Shown here: in pieces, positions 14,598 to 63,812 of the stretch | Layout: the number at the start of each line of letters is the position of its first letter | How positions within the stretch are numbered: position 1 is the first letter of the stretch | Assembly: GCA_020137815.1 (NCBI GenBank) | Contig: CM035357.1 | Span: 4,774,001 to 4,838,000, forward strand | Length of the DNA stretch: 64,000 nt | Source of the DNA: Hormiphora californensis | Taxonomy: Eukaryota; Animalia; Ctenophora | Reading direction: 5' to 3' | Translations under genes and position numbers: made by a program | The notes under the pieces: generated by a model | What the model saw: the letters and a program-made list of their open reading frames with translations, nothing else | Told to the model about the DNA's origin: nothing | Databases searched by the model: none

Positions 14598-16636
14598 CTA
14601 GAGTACCCGTTTGCTGGGAACCCGTGACCTGGTAAATGGTAATTTATCCTCATAAATCTCTATTATAATTTGGAGATGTCGCGTCGAAGTGGTGGTCGTT
14701 CGTTCAGTGCGTTTCTACGCGACAGTGCTCCTTCATAAAACACTTTATGTGACCAAAGCTGTAAAGCTGTTGCTCACACTTTTGGAACTTCCAGTGGAAG
14801 TTTGTTAATATTTTCGAATGAATTTTAAGATGCCAGTCTTATTGGTTATCAATTCAGTTGCCATGGCAACCGTGTAATTATTGACGTTGAAAGGGCGAAA
14901 AGAACTGCCCGGCGAAGCCGGGTGGGTTGTCAAAAAGCCCTTACTTGAGGCGCACCCAATGGGTGCGCTAGTAATATATATATAATATATAACCGGTGAC
15001 ATTTTATTTGATTTTTAAAAGATAATGTGTTTGTTCCTTAGAGCAATGAGTCTCATAGTAGGAGCGGTTAGATCAGCACGTGCAGAAATTCGCGCGCCAC
15101 CCTAATCTCAGGTTACTCTCACGGCTTCATTTCGCATCCAATCCAAAAGTGACCTTCATCAAACCTGTAGATCTCCTCAAGGAGAAGCGAAAACTTAAGG
15201 GACATTAGTTGATTGGATGCGACCTCAAGGAGCTATGACAATGCACAAAAAGGGGTGGCACACGACTTTAACCACGTGGTGATCTAACCGCTCCTACTAT
15301 CATACCCATTGGGTTTTTGAAAAAACGGCCATTACAATTTTGGCGAGGCGGGTAAATCATTTACTGTAACGCGCGAATTCCCCAAAAAAGCGCTGCTTTT
15401 TTACGCCGCGCGCGGAACCTAAAATTACGCGCGCAGTGTAAAATTTTAAAATTCATTGAAAATTTCCTCTCGTTCGCGTTTTATAAGGAACCATAATAAA
15501 GTTCAAGAGCGCACCCCATCCAAGAGCGCACCACCTCCAAAAGACACCACTTCAAGAGCGCACCACATCAAAGAGAGCTCCCCATCCAGAAGATACCGCG
15601 CGCAGGGGACACCACGCGCAGAAGAGACCGCACGCGCAAATACAACGCCGCGCTGGTCTCTTCTGCGCGTGGTGTCCCCTGCGCGTGGTATCTTCTGGAT
15701 GGGGAGCTCTCTTTGATGTGGTGCGCTCTTGAAGTGGTGTCTTCTGGAGGTGGTGCGCTCTTGGATGTGGTCTCTTTTGGGTGTGGTACGCTCTCAGGTG
15801 TGGTCTCTCTTCGATCGGGTGTGCTCTTGGGTGCTCTTGGAGGCTCTTGAACTTTATTATGGTTCCTTATGTCGCCTAAAAAAGTCGACGAAAAATTCCA
15901 AATTCGTGAATTATAAGAACTCCGGTCAGTTCTCATCTTGCCAATCCGTTTTCCGGGAACCCCTGGCCAAAGGACATTAAAGTCGGATTTTTTGAAACTG
16001 TCACCCCCCCTGAGTTTTCAAATTTCTTTAAATGACCATAAGTCCGGTTCCTGATGAGATAGAGACTTGAAATTTGGAGGTTATAAAGATCTTGCTAAGT
16101 TCTTCCGAACCTCAAAATTTCAAGTCTCTATCTTATCAGGAACCGGAGATATGACAAATTTGTTATTTCAGGGGGGTGACAGTTTCAAAAAATCCGACTT
16201 TAAAATTCACATACCGACCAAGTTTCATATTGATTGGATAAGATTTTGGGTGGCTACGGTGAAAAATATCGTATTTTTGGCATTTTTAACTTTCCCGACG
16301 CGATTTACGACCCTTAAACATTGAGTTACGGGAAATCGCCATCAAGTAAAATGAAGTTCAAACGATTCTCTTTCCCCACTATTGCGTTAGTTTTTTGATT
16401 TAGAGCCGTTTTCAGGGTCTTAGAAGCGTTTGAAAAAATGTAAGTATTTTTGGCGCAATGACGTCACCCCGTGACGTCACTGTTGTAAAGATCGGATCAA
16501 AAATCTGAGCCCGTACTTACACCCGCCTTGGTCCAAAGTACCAGTGTACAAATTTTCAGGGGTCTAGCTCAAAAACTGTAGGAGGAGTAGGGAGAAAACA
16601 ATTATCGGACTAACATTTTGGAATTTATTATATGGA
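14598..16636 (-). mobile_element. Possible composite non-autonomous Helitron containing nested palindromes
   Basis: The minus strand begins A|TCCATATAATAAATTCC at 16636 and may end CCCAGCAAACGGGTACTCTAG|T at 14598. It contains inverted repeats at 15055-15300, 15484-15869 and 15977-16203, plus a + strand Helitron-type end (GCGCACCCaatGGGTGCGC TAGT) at ~14950-14972. Confidence 0.4.
15484..15869. mobile_element. Palindromic MITE with TAA/TTA flanks (Harbinger-like)
   Basis: TAAGGAACCATAATAAAGTTCAAGAGC...GCTCTTGAACTTTATTATGGTTCCTTA with a GC-rich inner hairpin. Confidence 0.75.
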
Positions 16637-16859
16637 TATTGGCTTGTTTAAGTTTTCTAAAACCCCTTGTTCCTCGTTTTTGTGCATCTAATGCTACTAG
16701 GATCTGTTCAAATCAAATAGAATAAAATAAAATCTAAACGCATGCGAATTTCCCAGCGAGTGGGCCCTCCTTGTCAAGTCTTAACTCAAAATATTAAAAT
16801 CAAATCGCCCCGTCGTGTGGTCACTGGTCAGTCATCAGCAGCAGCTAAAACAGCAAAAA

Positions 16860-18195
16860 CACACATAGCTAAGATTTCGCCGCCTGACTGAAGTCATTCG
16901 GGACCGTGGGGTACCCTCTCACCGGAGGCCTGTCCTTGTACTCCTTCATGAAAGTACCCAGGCTAGCCTTAAACCCTGCCAATGTTTCACAAAGGGTCAC
17001 CTCTCGGGGCAGTTGCCAGTTTATTCCACAACTGAGGAGCTGTTCAACTCGTTCAGTTACAGGGCTCCTCAGGAGCCCTGTAACTGAACGAGTTGAACAG
17101 CTGGGTAGATCGCCTCCTATCAGCCCAATAAGGATACTTTTGACCTGTATCCCCAAGCGGCCTGTCTGGAACTCCATTCCTACACAGTTAGGTACTAGTC
17201 TATGATAGATCTTCCAGACATGTATAGGCTCGTACCTCTGGCGTCGCCTCTGAAGGGACATGATTTTCAGTGTCTCCAACCGCTCCCAGTAGGTCAGCTC
17301 ATTCATCCCATAGCTCGCTGAACGTTCTCCAGCGCCTGAATGTCAGCTACCTTGGACGGTGACCAAACCAAGCAGCAGTACTCTAGAATGGGACGAACCA
17401 AGGCCTTGTATAGAGTCAGTAATACCTCCTGAGATCTACATCTGAACACACTCAGAATCCATCCCGCAATCCGGTTGGCCCTCCTAACGATGGCATTGAT
17501 GTGATAAGTCCATGTACCATCCGCCGACAACCATACGCCGAGGTCCTTTACGTGCTGTTCAGGTTCCACAGTCGTACCTAGGTAGTTCCCTAAGTAACTT
17601 GGACTAAGGGTCTAAGGACTTGCCTAAAGCAAAGCAAAGCAGGCCAGCTAGGATAAATTCATTGCAGGGGGTGCTGATATCCCTTTCAATCGCGTCAGCC
17701 ACGGTCCTTCCGGTACAGATTTCTCTGCAGCGTAGTCAGGCGCTACCCCACAACATACGCACTCGTGTTGCTTTCGGGTCTCTCAAGAGAGCCCCTACCA
17801 AATCCAATCATAGCTTGGTCGGCTAGACGACATGCGCTAGACCAGGATCGAACCCGGGACCTAGTGCGTGAGAGGCGAGTGTACTAGCCACTTAGTCAGG
17901 ACCATTATTGGTTCACGGTCGTGCCCACGGAAGGAGTGCTTGGATCATCTTGAAACCGGTTTTAATATGCACTAATGCATATCCAAAACTACACCACCCT
18001 TGCCTAGGGGGTATATCATTAGCTGAAACTTCTTCTCGTGAAGCCTCATGTTGTTATTGGACGACCACTGGCTAACATTTTTGATGTTCTCTTGAAGTTC
18101 CACTTGGTTAAGAAGGGTCTGGATAGCCTGGATCAGCTTAGTGTCATCGGCAAAAGACATCGAGTCTGCACTTGAGAGGCAGTCTTTCAGGTTGA
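16860..18195 (-). mobile_element. Decayed 5'-truncated non-LTR retrotransposon (CR1/L2/Jockey-group RT C-terminus)
   Basis: SFADDTKL, KDLGVWLS, LYKALVRPILEYCCLVWSP, LENVQR, YWERLETLKIMSLQRRR. Frameshifted and interrupted by a SINE. Confidence 0.9.
17579..17913 (-). mobile_element. tRNA-derived SINE inserted in the LINE
   Basis: Head GGTCCTGACTAAGTGGCTAGTACACTCGCCTCTCACGCACTAGGTCCCGGGTTCGATCC carries A and B boxes and a CTC anticodon-like loop (tRNA-Glu-like). Imperfect 12-bp TSD GGYACGACYGTG at 17914-17925 and 17567-17578. Confidence 0.75.
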
Positions 18196-18435
18196 GTACA
18201 TAAAATATGTTTCATTGCCTCTAAGTATTGCTTGAACCGCTTTAGGAAGTCGCTGATGTGAACTGTATACTTTAACCTCTCAGCCTTGTATCACTTTTAT
18301 TGGTGTATGGGGAGCGGGACGAAGTTATATATCTCATTTGTGTGACTTCTTGAAAAATTGTGTGTAAACTTAAACTTAAGATTCATATTTAAACGCCTTT
18401 ACCTAAATGTTTTGAAGGATGAATTGTTTATTATC

Positions 18436-19195
18436 AACTTACTTACTTATTATCCTTGAAGGGGTCTCCTCAATCGTTAGAGTGGCCCGCGTCGGAATAT
18501 TTCGCTCTTCTTGAAAAACGCCGCCACTCGTCACGATATTGTGTTTTCTGTGGTATCATCCACACCTGAAACATTGCAGGCGTTCTCACAGACACACTGC
18601 AGCCAGGTCTTCCTACGTCGTCCTCTAGATCTCTTCCCATATCTAGGGACCCAGTTCATGAAGATCTTCGGTATCCGATGTTCTGGCATCCTGGACACAT
18701 GACCAAGCCACCGTAGCCGGTTCGAGGAATGCACTGATTCCTGCTCTCTTCAAGACCTTCACATTGCTCACTTTGTTGTACCAATTAATTTTAAGGGTAC
18801 GTGGCGGAGACAGTTCTGATGGAAAACCTCTAAACGGTGTATCTGTGCCTTGGTAGTGTTCCAGGTCTCACTCCCATACAGTAGAATGGTTAAGATCGCA
18901 GCCTCATAGATATGCATTTTAGCTCGCTCCCACTACGAATGTTCCAGACCTTCCCGAAGCTTCGGAATGCACCTGATCCTTTCCCAATTCTAGAAACAAG
19001 TTCGCCATCCAGATTCCCATCATAGCATATCTTTGATCCCAGGTTTAAGGGAAATCTCTGACCTGACCGATTTCTGCATCACCAACATTAAGATTGACTT
19101 CAGGTGGAGGCTGTACACTGGGTTTAGCAACAGCCATGGCCTCGAACTTCTTGGTGTTCACCTTCCGCCCGGCATACTCAGAAAACTAAGTCAGT
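18436..19195 (-). mobile_element. Decayed RTE-clade LINE 3' fragment
   Basis: SRIGKGSGAF, ILLYGSETW, RLEVFHQNCLR, RLRWLGHVSRMPEHRIPK, RGRRRKTW; (TAAG)n 3' tail at ~18436-18450. Confidence 0.85.
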
Positions 19196-19294
19196 GGATT
19201 CCTGGAGCCCCTAAAATAACTAAAAACGGCCAATATATGGCTATAATAATATTTTCTTCAGTACTTTTAACCGAAAAATCAACTTAAGGTAACC

Positions 19295-22604
<3,310 letters not shown>

Positions 22605-23327
22605 ATCAGGAACTTTATTAGAGCGGGACGGGAACTTTATTAGAGCGGGACATGGACAGTTGAGATGTCTCAACAAGGACAGAGAGAGGAAAAAAACTTT
22701 TAGCAAACTGTTTTCATTCGTACATACAGCAGTGTTATAGGAGTCAAAATGTGTGAGATTTGAGAATGCCTTTTTTAAAGAATGCCTTTTCTTTTTTTGA
22801 TCAATCTGTCTGGCACTGCCAGAATCCGTTTTGAGAATCAAAACGGGCGACTCAGATCGGGTCGGTGCCGCCAGACGGTAACTGGTTGGCACCATTTTAT
22901 CCAAAATTATGGCCAATAGGGAAGAATTTTTTGATAATGATAGAAAAGGTCGGGGTCAGTATTTACAAATGATCCCATGATCCCCTGGGGCCATTCTCAT
23001 TTCTCCCGGCCTCCCGCAAAGTTTATAACGAGCTGAGTGAAAGTTATAAAACTTAAACTAATTTAAACACGGTTATTGTTTCTCAAACATGAGTAAAAAA
23101 TATTTGCATAACAGACTTCAATGCCCTGTTTCAAATGCATAATTTTCCTAGCACACACTCAATAAAATTTACTCTAATGGAGTTAAACATTGACCTGTTT
23201 GAACGTCTGTTTAAACAAAACAATTGAAATTGTTTGCAAACTAGTCTCACCGTGCTAAACACTGTTTAAAACACTGCTTAAAACAGTGGTGCATATAATC
23301 CAAAAAAATGGACGAAAACATAACCTA

Positions 23328-23952
23328 CAGGGTGTTCATTTTGGATCTTTACAAGCGTTGGGCTTCACCCAGAAAAAAGTTGACAAGATAAGGTCATGAA
23401 ACTTCATACTTGGACTATTCTATACCCTCATTCAAGGTTCCTGGGGGTTTTGGAGCTTTAGGACCCTGGGAAGTGTGTTTTTGGCATCAAAACTACCAGA
23501 AGGAATTTTTGCTGGTGCTGAGACTTTGCTAAAATGTTTTTTGGGTATTTTCTATGTCAATTCTAAGTTTCATAGAGATTGGATGTGTTTTTCAGACTTA
23601 AAAAGTGGCTGGAAAGACTCAATTTTAGCCGTTTTTGAGCTGTTTTCGAGCCTTTCCAGCCACTTTTATCGAAATTTTGAGTCCGAAAAACACATCCAAT
23701 CTCTATGAAACTTTAGGAGTGACATAGAAAATACCCAAAAAACATTTTAGCAAAGTCTCAGCACCAGCAAAAATTCCTTCTGGTAGTCGTGATGCCAAAA
23801 ACACACTTCCCGGGGTGCTAGAGCTCCAAAACCTCCAGGAACCTTGAATGAGGGTCCAAGAATGGTCCAAGTATGAAGTATCATGACCTGATCTTGTCAA
23901 CTTTTTTCTGGGTGAAGGCCAACGCTTGTAAAGATCCAAAATGAACACCCAG
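23328..23952. mobile_element. Tc1/mariner-type hairpin MITE
   Basis: TA|CAGGGTGTTCATTTTGGATCTTTACAAGCGTTGG...CCAACGCTTGTAAAGATCCAAAATGAACACCCAG|TA; nearly fully palindromic. Confidence 0.85.
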
Positions 23953-24854
23953 TATTACACAAATGAAAAAAACTTTTTTTTTCGCTCAAAACTGATATTT
24001 TCCAAGTCCATGTCTAACAAATAGAAGTGTTCTAATTTGTTAGGCACGGTCTTTACCATAAATAATAACGATCACACGGTGGCCATAGATTAAGATAGAA
24101 AACTAGGGAGTTCCGATCTCTCTGTGTGATCTCTCTCACTCCTTGTAAAAAGTTCACTGAGAATAATACTTTTGCGCAGAACGTGGCTCGAAACCCTGCT
24201 TCCTCGGTCTGCATTAGTGTGTGTGTGTGGTATCCACCGTTCTGACATTCTCATATAATATATTATATGGCTGCTGATTCCATGGCTGCATTTCACAATT
24301 TTATCATGTCTGAAAACGGAATTAAAATTAATTCAAAGTACCCCTAGAGATAAGATGTATATCATGTACATTGTCGCGCTATTTCTAGCATGAACGGAAT
24401 TACATTTTGAACCTAAAATTAATCAAAATTGAGAGTGGTCATGCAGACTATAATATAGGATGGTACTGGCACGGTACAATTATAGTCTAGTAAGGGGAGC
24501 TGCTATATTTAATTTCTTTAGGAGCGAGGAGGGCCCTCGAGGGCAGGTTGGAATTTTGGGAAACGTTGTTGTTTTAATAAAATTATATGCTTTCGGTACC
24601 ACGGGGGCTAGTTTCTTAGAAATTCACCCTGCTTTTCCAGGAATATTTGAGTGATAAGAGTTGTTAGAACGAGGTTAGAAAAACTGACAAGAAAAAAGGT
24701 GCGTCCTAGTATTTGATATCGCTATATTTTATCGGCATCTAGGCTGCAGCAAAGGCCGATGAGTTACCGCACCACCGGAAATAATATGGTATGAAAGTGA
24801 AAGTGAAACTAAAAAAATGAATAAACAACCTACCATATAATAATGCTGATCTGC

Positions 24855-25523
24855 TCATTTTCGTTTCGTTCCTGAATCCTGAGTTTTGTGGATCCAAATA
24901 GGCACTTTCGAGGCTCCGTCCTTTGAGCGGTAACAATCCTACAATATGGGTGGTGGTTATAGGACTAATATTACCTTTTTCGACCCTCCCTCCCCGCGGC
25001 GTCTTATTTGCGCGTTACAAAATCAGTGAAACACAAAACCTTTTTTTTATAAAATAAAATAAAAAGGTTTGAACAAAACAAGACTAATACTATACAAATT
25101 ACTAAATTAGAGAAGAAGACCAGATGATCAGTTAAAACATTACATTAGCAGTCTTTAGAATACCTGTTTTTGAAGGTATCCAGGCTGAGCCGATCGGTTA
25201 GGTTGAACATTGTTAACTTTTGCAGTGTTTAGCACCGAGGCCAGCAGATCATTGGTAGTGGCACCTGTTCCCAACTTTCGCTTCGCATCGTTGGCCATTG
25301 AACTGGAGTACCCTAGCCTGGGGGTGGGAAACACGGATCAGAAAATGACAATAAATAGTTTTATAAAGGAGCATACACAATAAAATATTTGATGAAGGAG
25401 CAGGATGGTTTAAGCCTAAAATTACCTTGAACAGTACTTGTCGAAATCACCGTTCTTGGATTTTGAGGAGGAAGATCCGCTCATATCGCTATAGCGGCTC
25501 TTATTAACAGTAGATAGGAACAT
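24855..25523 (-). CDS. Small protein (98-111 aa) resembling the Regnase-1/ZC3H12 N-terminal UBA-like (UBA_6) domain
   Basis: Exons 25523(or 25484)-25426, 25317-25164 and 24938-24855 splice in frame: ...GDFDKYCSRLGYSSSMANDAKRKLGTGATTNDLLASVLNTAK...KVPIWIHKTQDSGTKRK*. Confidence 0.7.
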
Positions 25524-26499
25524 TGTGGATGCTGAGTTTGGTTAAGCTACAAATAAGGGGGGAGCTTTAGTTTTCAGTGGCAGCAGTGCAGCATCAGCAG
25601 GTGTATAAATCTGGACCTGGTATTTTGGATAATATATATCGAGCTGATCAGTATGTTGGCAAAGCGAAATTAGATTTGTTGTGAACTTCACTTGTTATGT
25701 TCTAACCCTCTAAACACAGTCTAGCCAGGCAAAACTTCACAAGAATAATCACTTTCGGAAAAATATCCTTGCTATCAAGTACAGTCTAGGATTGAAGAGA
25801 TATAAAAGCCTGGTACACGCTTCAGTCGCTTCAGTAAAATTGATACGTCTAGCTAGGCCTAGGTATTTCAATACCGATCAGGCCAAGCCTTCTATAGATT
25901 GTTATAAAAATATCCCGAGCCTATAATAATATTATATCTCCAAGTCCAAGCAATATTAGCATATCCCTCAAGGAAGTAAATTTAAAGAACGGGGCCTTAT
26001 AGAATATATAATTTGGTTATTATATGGAGCAGTAATTTAGTATTAAAACTGATATACCATATAATGGAATTAGGTTAGTCTCTCTCTCCTCTAACTTACA
26101 ATTTAATTTTATTGACTCAAGGAATTACTATTAAGAAACTTAGCGATATAAGTGTCACCGACTGGTGCGAGATTTTATTATAGTCATAAGTCATTTGCAC
26201 AGGTGAACACAACTGAAACTAATCCCGATAAAGAGAGAAGGAGAAAACAAGAGAGACATTTAGAGAGTGAGAGAAAGAGAAAGTGAGACTGGATAGGTAA
26301 GCCTAGCTATTCGGATAGCCATATCATAATATTTTAATCGCTCAAAGAAATAAAGTAGTAGACCCACGAAGCAGACCCCCCGTTATACAACTTGTAATCC
26401 AAGCAAATCTAGGTTCAAGCTCAAAGAGAAAAGTAAGTCGAAAGCTAAATTACATAACGTGATATGATATAATCTAGGAAAATAACAAGGGCAACTCAC

Positions 26500-26586
26500 C
26501 AGCCATGTTTGCAGCAGTTTAGTGCAGTTTAGTGGGGGCTACTGCAGCTGGTATGGACGGTAGCAGGTCTAGGGATCCTTTTATAT
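26500..26586 (-). promoter_or_regulatory. TATA box and leader exon ending ATGGCTG|GTGAGT
   Basis: TATAAAAG at 26585-26578 on the minus strand and a strong donor at 26499, upstream of the UBA-like gene. Confidence 0.5.
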
Positions 26587-26799
26587 CTGTCACCCAGTCC
26601 TCCTCACGCATCTCTTTCGTAGAATACCCTTCACCCAAATTCTGACCTTGAAACTGTGGGAGCGTTGCTTTCCAGGAATGCTAGTCGTGGGGGGAGGTGG
26701 GCGATAAGACAATTAGACTGCCTTCTTCTCTCATATAGGGACTCTCCTGCCCCCCGTCAGACAGGGGGAGATACGCAAATTATGCGAGTGCTTTTCCTT

Positions 26800-28100
<1,301 letters not shown>

Positions 28101-28684
28101 GCTAGTCTATTTTATTCTTTTTAATTGATTATATTTGCTTCTGACTATTGATTTATCTCTAGCTACAAATTCATTGAGCCCAGTTTGATCAGACATGTAG
28201 TATATGTCTGATCAAACTCGGGATGAATGGCTAGGTCACCTGGTCACTGCTGCATGGTGGAGCTGGAGTTGATATATTTGCTGTCGTAGTATAACATGAT
28301 GTACGACAGCAAATACACCTATCAACTCCAGCTCCAGCTCCACTGCAGCAGCGAAATTACATTTATTGAGAAATGCAGCTCCACTGACCACTATATATTT
28401 TCATTTTTCAATTTCATAAATGTAATTGAGACGGTAGTAGGTATGTAAAAAGTAGATTTTTTATGAAATCTGACCGGGCGAAGAGATCCAGATGATTTTT
28501 TAACTAATTGAGGACGAGAAAAAACAACTGGGTTCCTTGAACTGTAATCCAGGGATCATCACCGATGCCAAATCAACTAATTTGGTTGAGCAGAACATAC
28601 ATCTGGCAACAGGGATACCTAACCCCAGCGACAACCCTAACACTACTGAGTCGGAATATAAACTAACTCTCATATCTGGCCTTA

Positions 28685-29018
28685 CGGGCTCCCTTGCACC
28701 TCGGGAGATCTCCGCGGGAGATCTCCCGTTGATCTCCCAGAAAAGTATAATTTTTTAACTTTTTGTTGAAATTGGAAAAATATCGGTTGTTACCGACTAA
28801 TTTGGAATTTATTCTTAGCCGTGAACAAAAATTTCAATTTTGAGCATGTTCTTGACTTTTGAGAGCTTTTCTGAGGGCTGGATCGTGTTCAGCGGGTCCA
28901 AATTAGTCGGTAACAACCGATATTTTTCCAATTTCAACAAAAAGTTAAAAAATTATACTTTTCTGGGAGATCAACGGGAGATCTCCCGCGGAGATCTCCC
29001 GAGGTGCAAGGGAGCCCG
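28685..29018. mobile_element. TA-flanked palindromic MITE
   Basis: TA|CGGGCTCCCTTGCACCTCGGGAGATCTCC...GGAGATCTCCCGAGGTGCAAGGGAGCCCG|TA with ~120-bp TIRs. Confidence 0.85.
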
Positions 29019-30509
29019 TATCGGACAAATTCTCGAGTTTTCATGAGATAGCTGTACACTTGTCAGTGCAGGATTTTGCTATTGATTACCTGTACATTTC
29101 TCACCAGAATGCCCTAACATAAATACCGCAAGGCGCAAACCATCATGTCGATAGGGTCATATCTCAAAAAACAATTCTTCGGCTGTGTCTGAGTAGGAAC
29201 TGTTTATCTCGTGATGTTGATTACTTAGTTCTTCTTGCCTGCACATAATGTCACTTTATATGGCTATGTATAGGGTCATATCTGACCCAAAATTACAAAA
29301 AATGGCCTCCCACGACGCTGTAAGCAGTTTTACTCAATCATTTGCATCATGATAACACTTTCATTTTCAGAATATTGTATTTTAGAGTTCGAACATGGGA
29401 GATGAATTCGAATCAAATTCAAAATAACCAAATTTTGAAGCAGCAAACCCAATCACGTTGTCGTTACTGTTAGTCATGGCATTGGTATTTTTTGTATCCG
29501 TATCAAGTAGCTGCAGGGGTATGGCACATGATTCAATTTCATGAATGTACACTGTAATTCTGCACTGTGACACTGTACAGTCGGACCCCGATTAACCGGG
29601 ATGCTGATCGGGGAAAGGACTCCTTTCAAAGGAGGGTTGCTTTATCGGGGGAAGTTTATCCACCCGGTAAATTGGGGTTCCAGTAAATAAAAATCAGGGT
29701 CCGGCTCACCGACTGTATAAAGAATAGCACCATGATTGGAGACCACACCCGGCATATTTCTTCAAAAGAAGTTCTTTTGTTTCCCCACAAATAGTTGTCA
29801 ACTCCTTTCCCCCAAAGCACCAAATTCCATATGAAAATGTGTATGACTGACCCCTGCTGCACCACTCAGAGGTGTTAAACTCATTCTGTGTGCGTCACTC
29901 TACACAACTACAAAGCTGCAGTTGTTTTGTTCGAACCCTTTGTGAGACACTAAATGGATGGTAGGGGTCGTCGTGGGTGGCGCTGGGTTCCACTAAAAAC
30001 CAATAAGAGCTGTTAACCCCACCTATTGCGTCAATAACCCTTTGAATTTTGAATGGTTCAAAGCTGGAAATAAAAGGATGAAATCGATAGGAGTGCTCAA
30101 GGTGTCCCCTATTATATTGCACAACATGTACAAATTGTTGCTCCACCCAGATTACGTTCATGATCGATAAAAGGAAAAGAATTATCTGTTTATTATTTAA
30201 ACGAAATTATAAGGGTTTTCTTAGTTCTAAACAAATAAACATTATATTTATCATATCAAAACAACCTTATCTCTGGGAGATCACGTGTTCATCAAAACCA
30301 GGAGAGCTACGATTAATAATGAATCCATCATTCCGACTCCAAGTAACAATACATGGGCCGCAAAGGGTTCAGTTGCCATGACAACTAAGTAGATGCCTAA
30401 AATGTTCATAGCAATTAGCATGGCCGAATACATTGCAACAACGCGTTTTTATCCTATCCAGAATGGTCACGGGTGTAACATGTTAACATAAAACTTTGAG
30501 TCTATTCTC

Positions 30510-62746
<32,237 letters not shown>

Positions 62747-63162
62747 GGTTTAGTTCTTGCTCCTCCGCTCAACTCAATTCATATTCCCAAACTCTTTTGA
62801 TATTTTATTATTTTCTACAAAACCATAAGGGTTAAACATTTGAACAAATTAAATGATCAATCAATCAATTATCAATTTTACTAGGGCGATTTACACAAAT
62901 AAAAACTTCACAATTCACGCCCGGCAAACATCCTGATAGCGACGGATCAATCACACTGACCAGCTTACACGCTAGCATGCCCTTCCGACCTTACCATACC
63001 GGTGCTTAAGTGTGAGCAAGATACGTGATCCAGACGATCCGCGAGTGTACTATTCATCATGACCTCACAGTACTGTCACATACAGTACATGATACACAAA
63101 AACATACACATAAAATATACACAAAAATACAGCCTAGTACATGGAACAAATATGTACCTATA

Positions 63163-63349
63163 AGGGGCCATTCAAAAAGGATGTCCATGATTTTTGGTAA
63201 TTTTTTACCCCCCCCCCCCCTCCCTCCCCCTGTCCAGGCCTGTCCGAATTTGCCAGACCCCCACCCTCCCCTGTCTTGGTAACGTCCGTGGTAATGTCCG
63301 AAATTGGCTACCTCCCCCCTCCACTTGGACGTCCTTTTTTAATCGCCCC
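63163..63349. mobile_element. PIF/Harbinger-like MITE upstream of the GPCR
   Basis: TAA|GGGGCCATTCAAAAAGGA...TCCTTTTTTAATCGCCCC|TAA; homologous to 4321-4585. Confidence 0.7.
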
Positions 63350-63763
63350 TAAGTTACAATGATTATCAGCATATTCTAAATTCTGATTTCTTGCGAGCTT
63401 GTTGACAATCTTGTCCTCCTTTACAATAACAATATTGTCCAAGATACGATTTCCCAGGAAAGTCATCCCTACATGATTATCCGACCTCGATCGTTTCCCG
63501 CCAAGATCATCTATTAATAGACAAAGATCTATTTTAGATAATAATACCGTTGATATCATCAGATTTGCTGGTCACGCACAGTTGTCACTATAGCAACTTT
63601 AGGCTGACTTTATTTAGCTGCCAGAGGAATCCAATAATTGGGTATCTATAATTGTGCTTAGTCCGGTATAGATATTTCCCACAATTGACAGAGAGAAATA
63701 GAGGGAAAGAGAGAGAGAGATGGAGAGGGAGAGAGAGAGAGGGAGAGAGAGAGAGAGAGAAAG

Positions 63764-63812
<49 letters not shown>

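Noticed and set aside
17840-17913. Functional tRNA-Glu gene
   Set aside because: The acceptor stem does not pair convincingly, and the sequence continues into a TSD-flanked body, so it is a SINE head.
25555-25620. TGC-TGA-TGC as a selenocysteine or antizyme-like frameshift site
   Set aside because: All continuation frames stop before reaching the main ORF, and I recognised no SECIS or pseudoknot.
29656-30161. Two minus-strand ORFs downstream of the GPCR stop
   Set aside because: No recognisable motifs and no consistent splice pattern.
63308-63559. Possible terminal exon of an upstream minus-strand gene (DDLGGKRSRSDNHVGMTFLGNRILD...)
   Set aside because: It has a plausible acceptor, but no recognisable homology, and the frame runs into a MITE, so support is insufficient.
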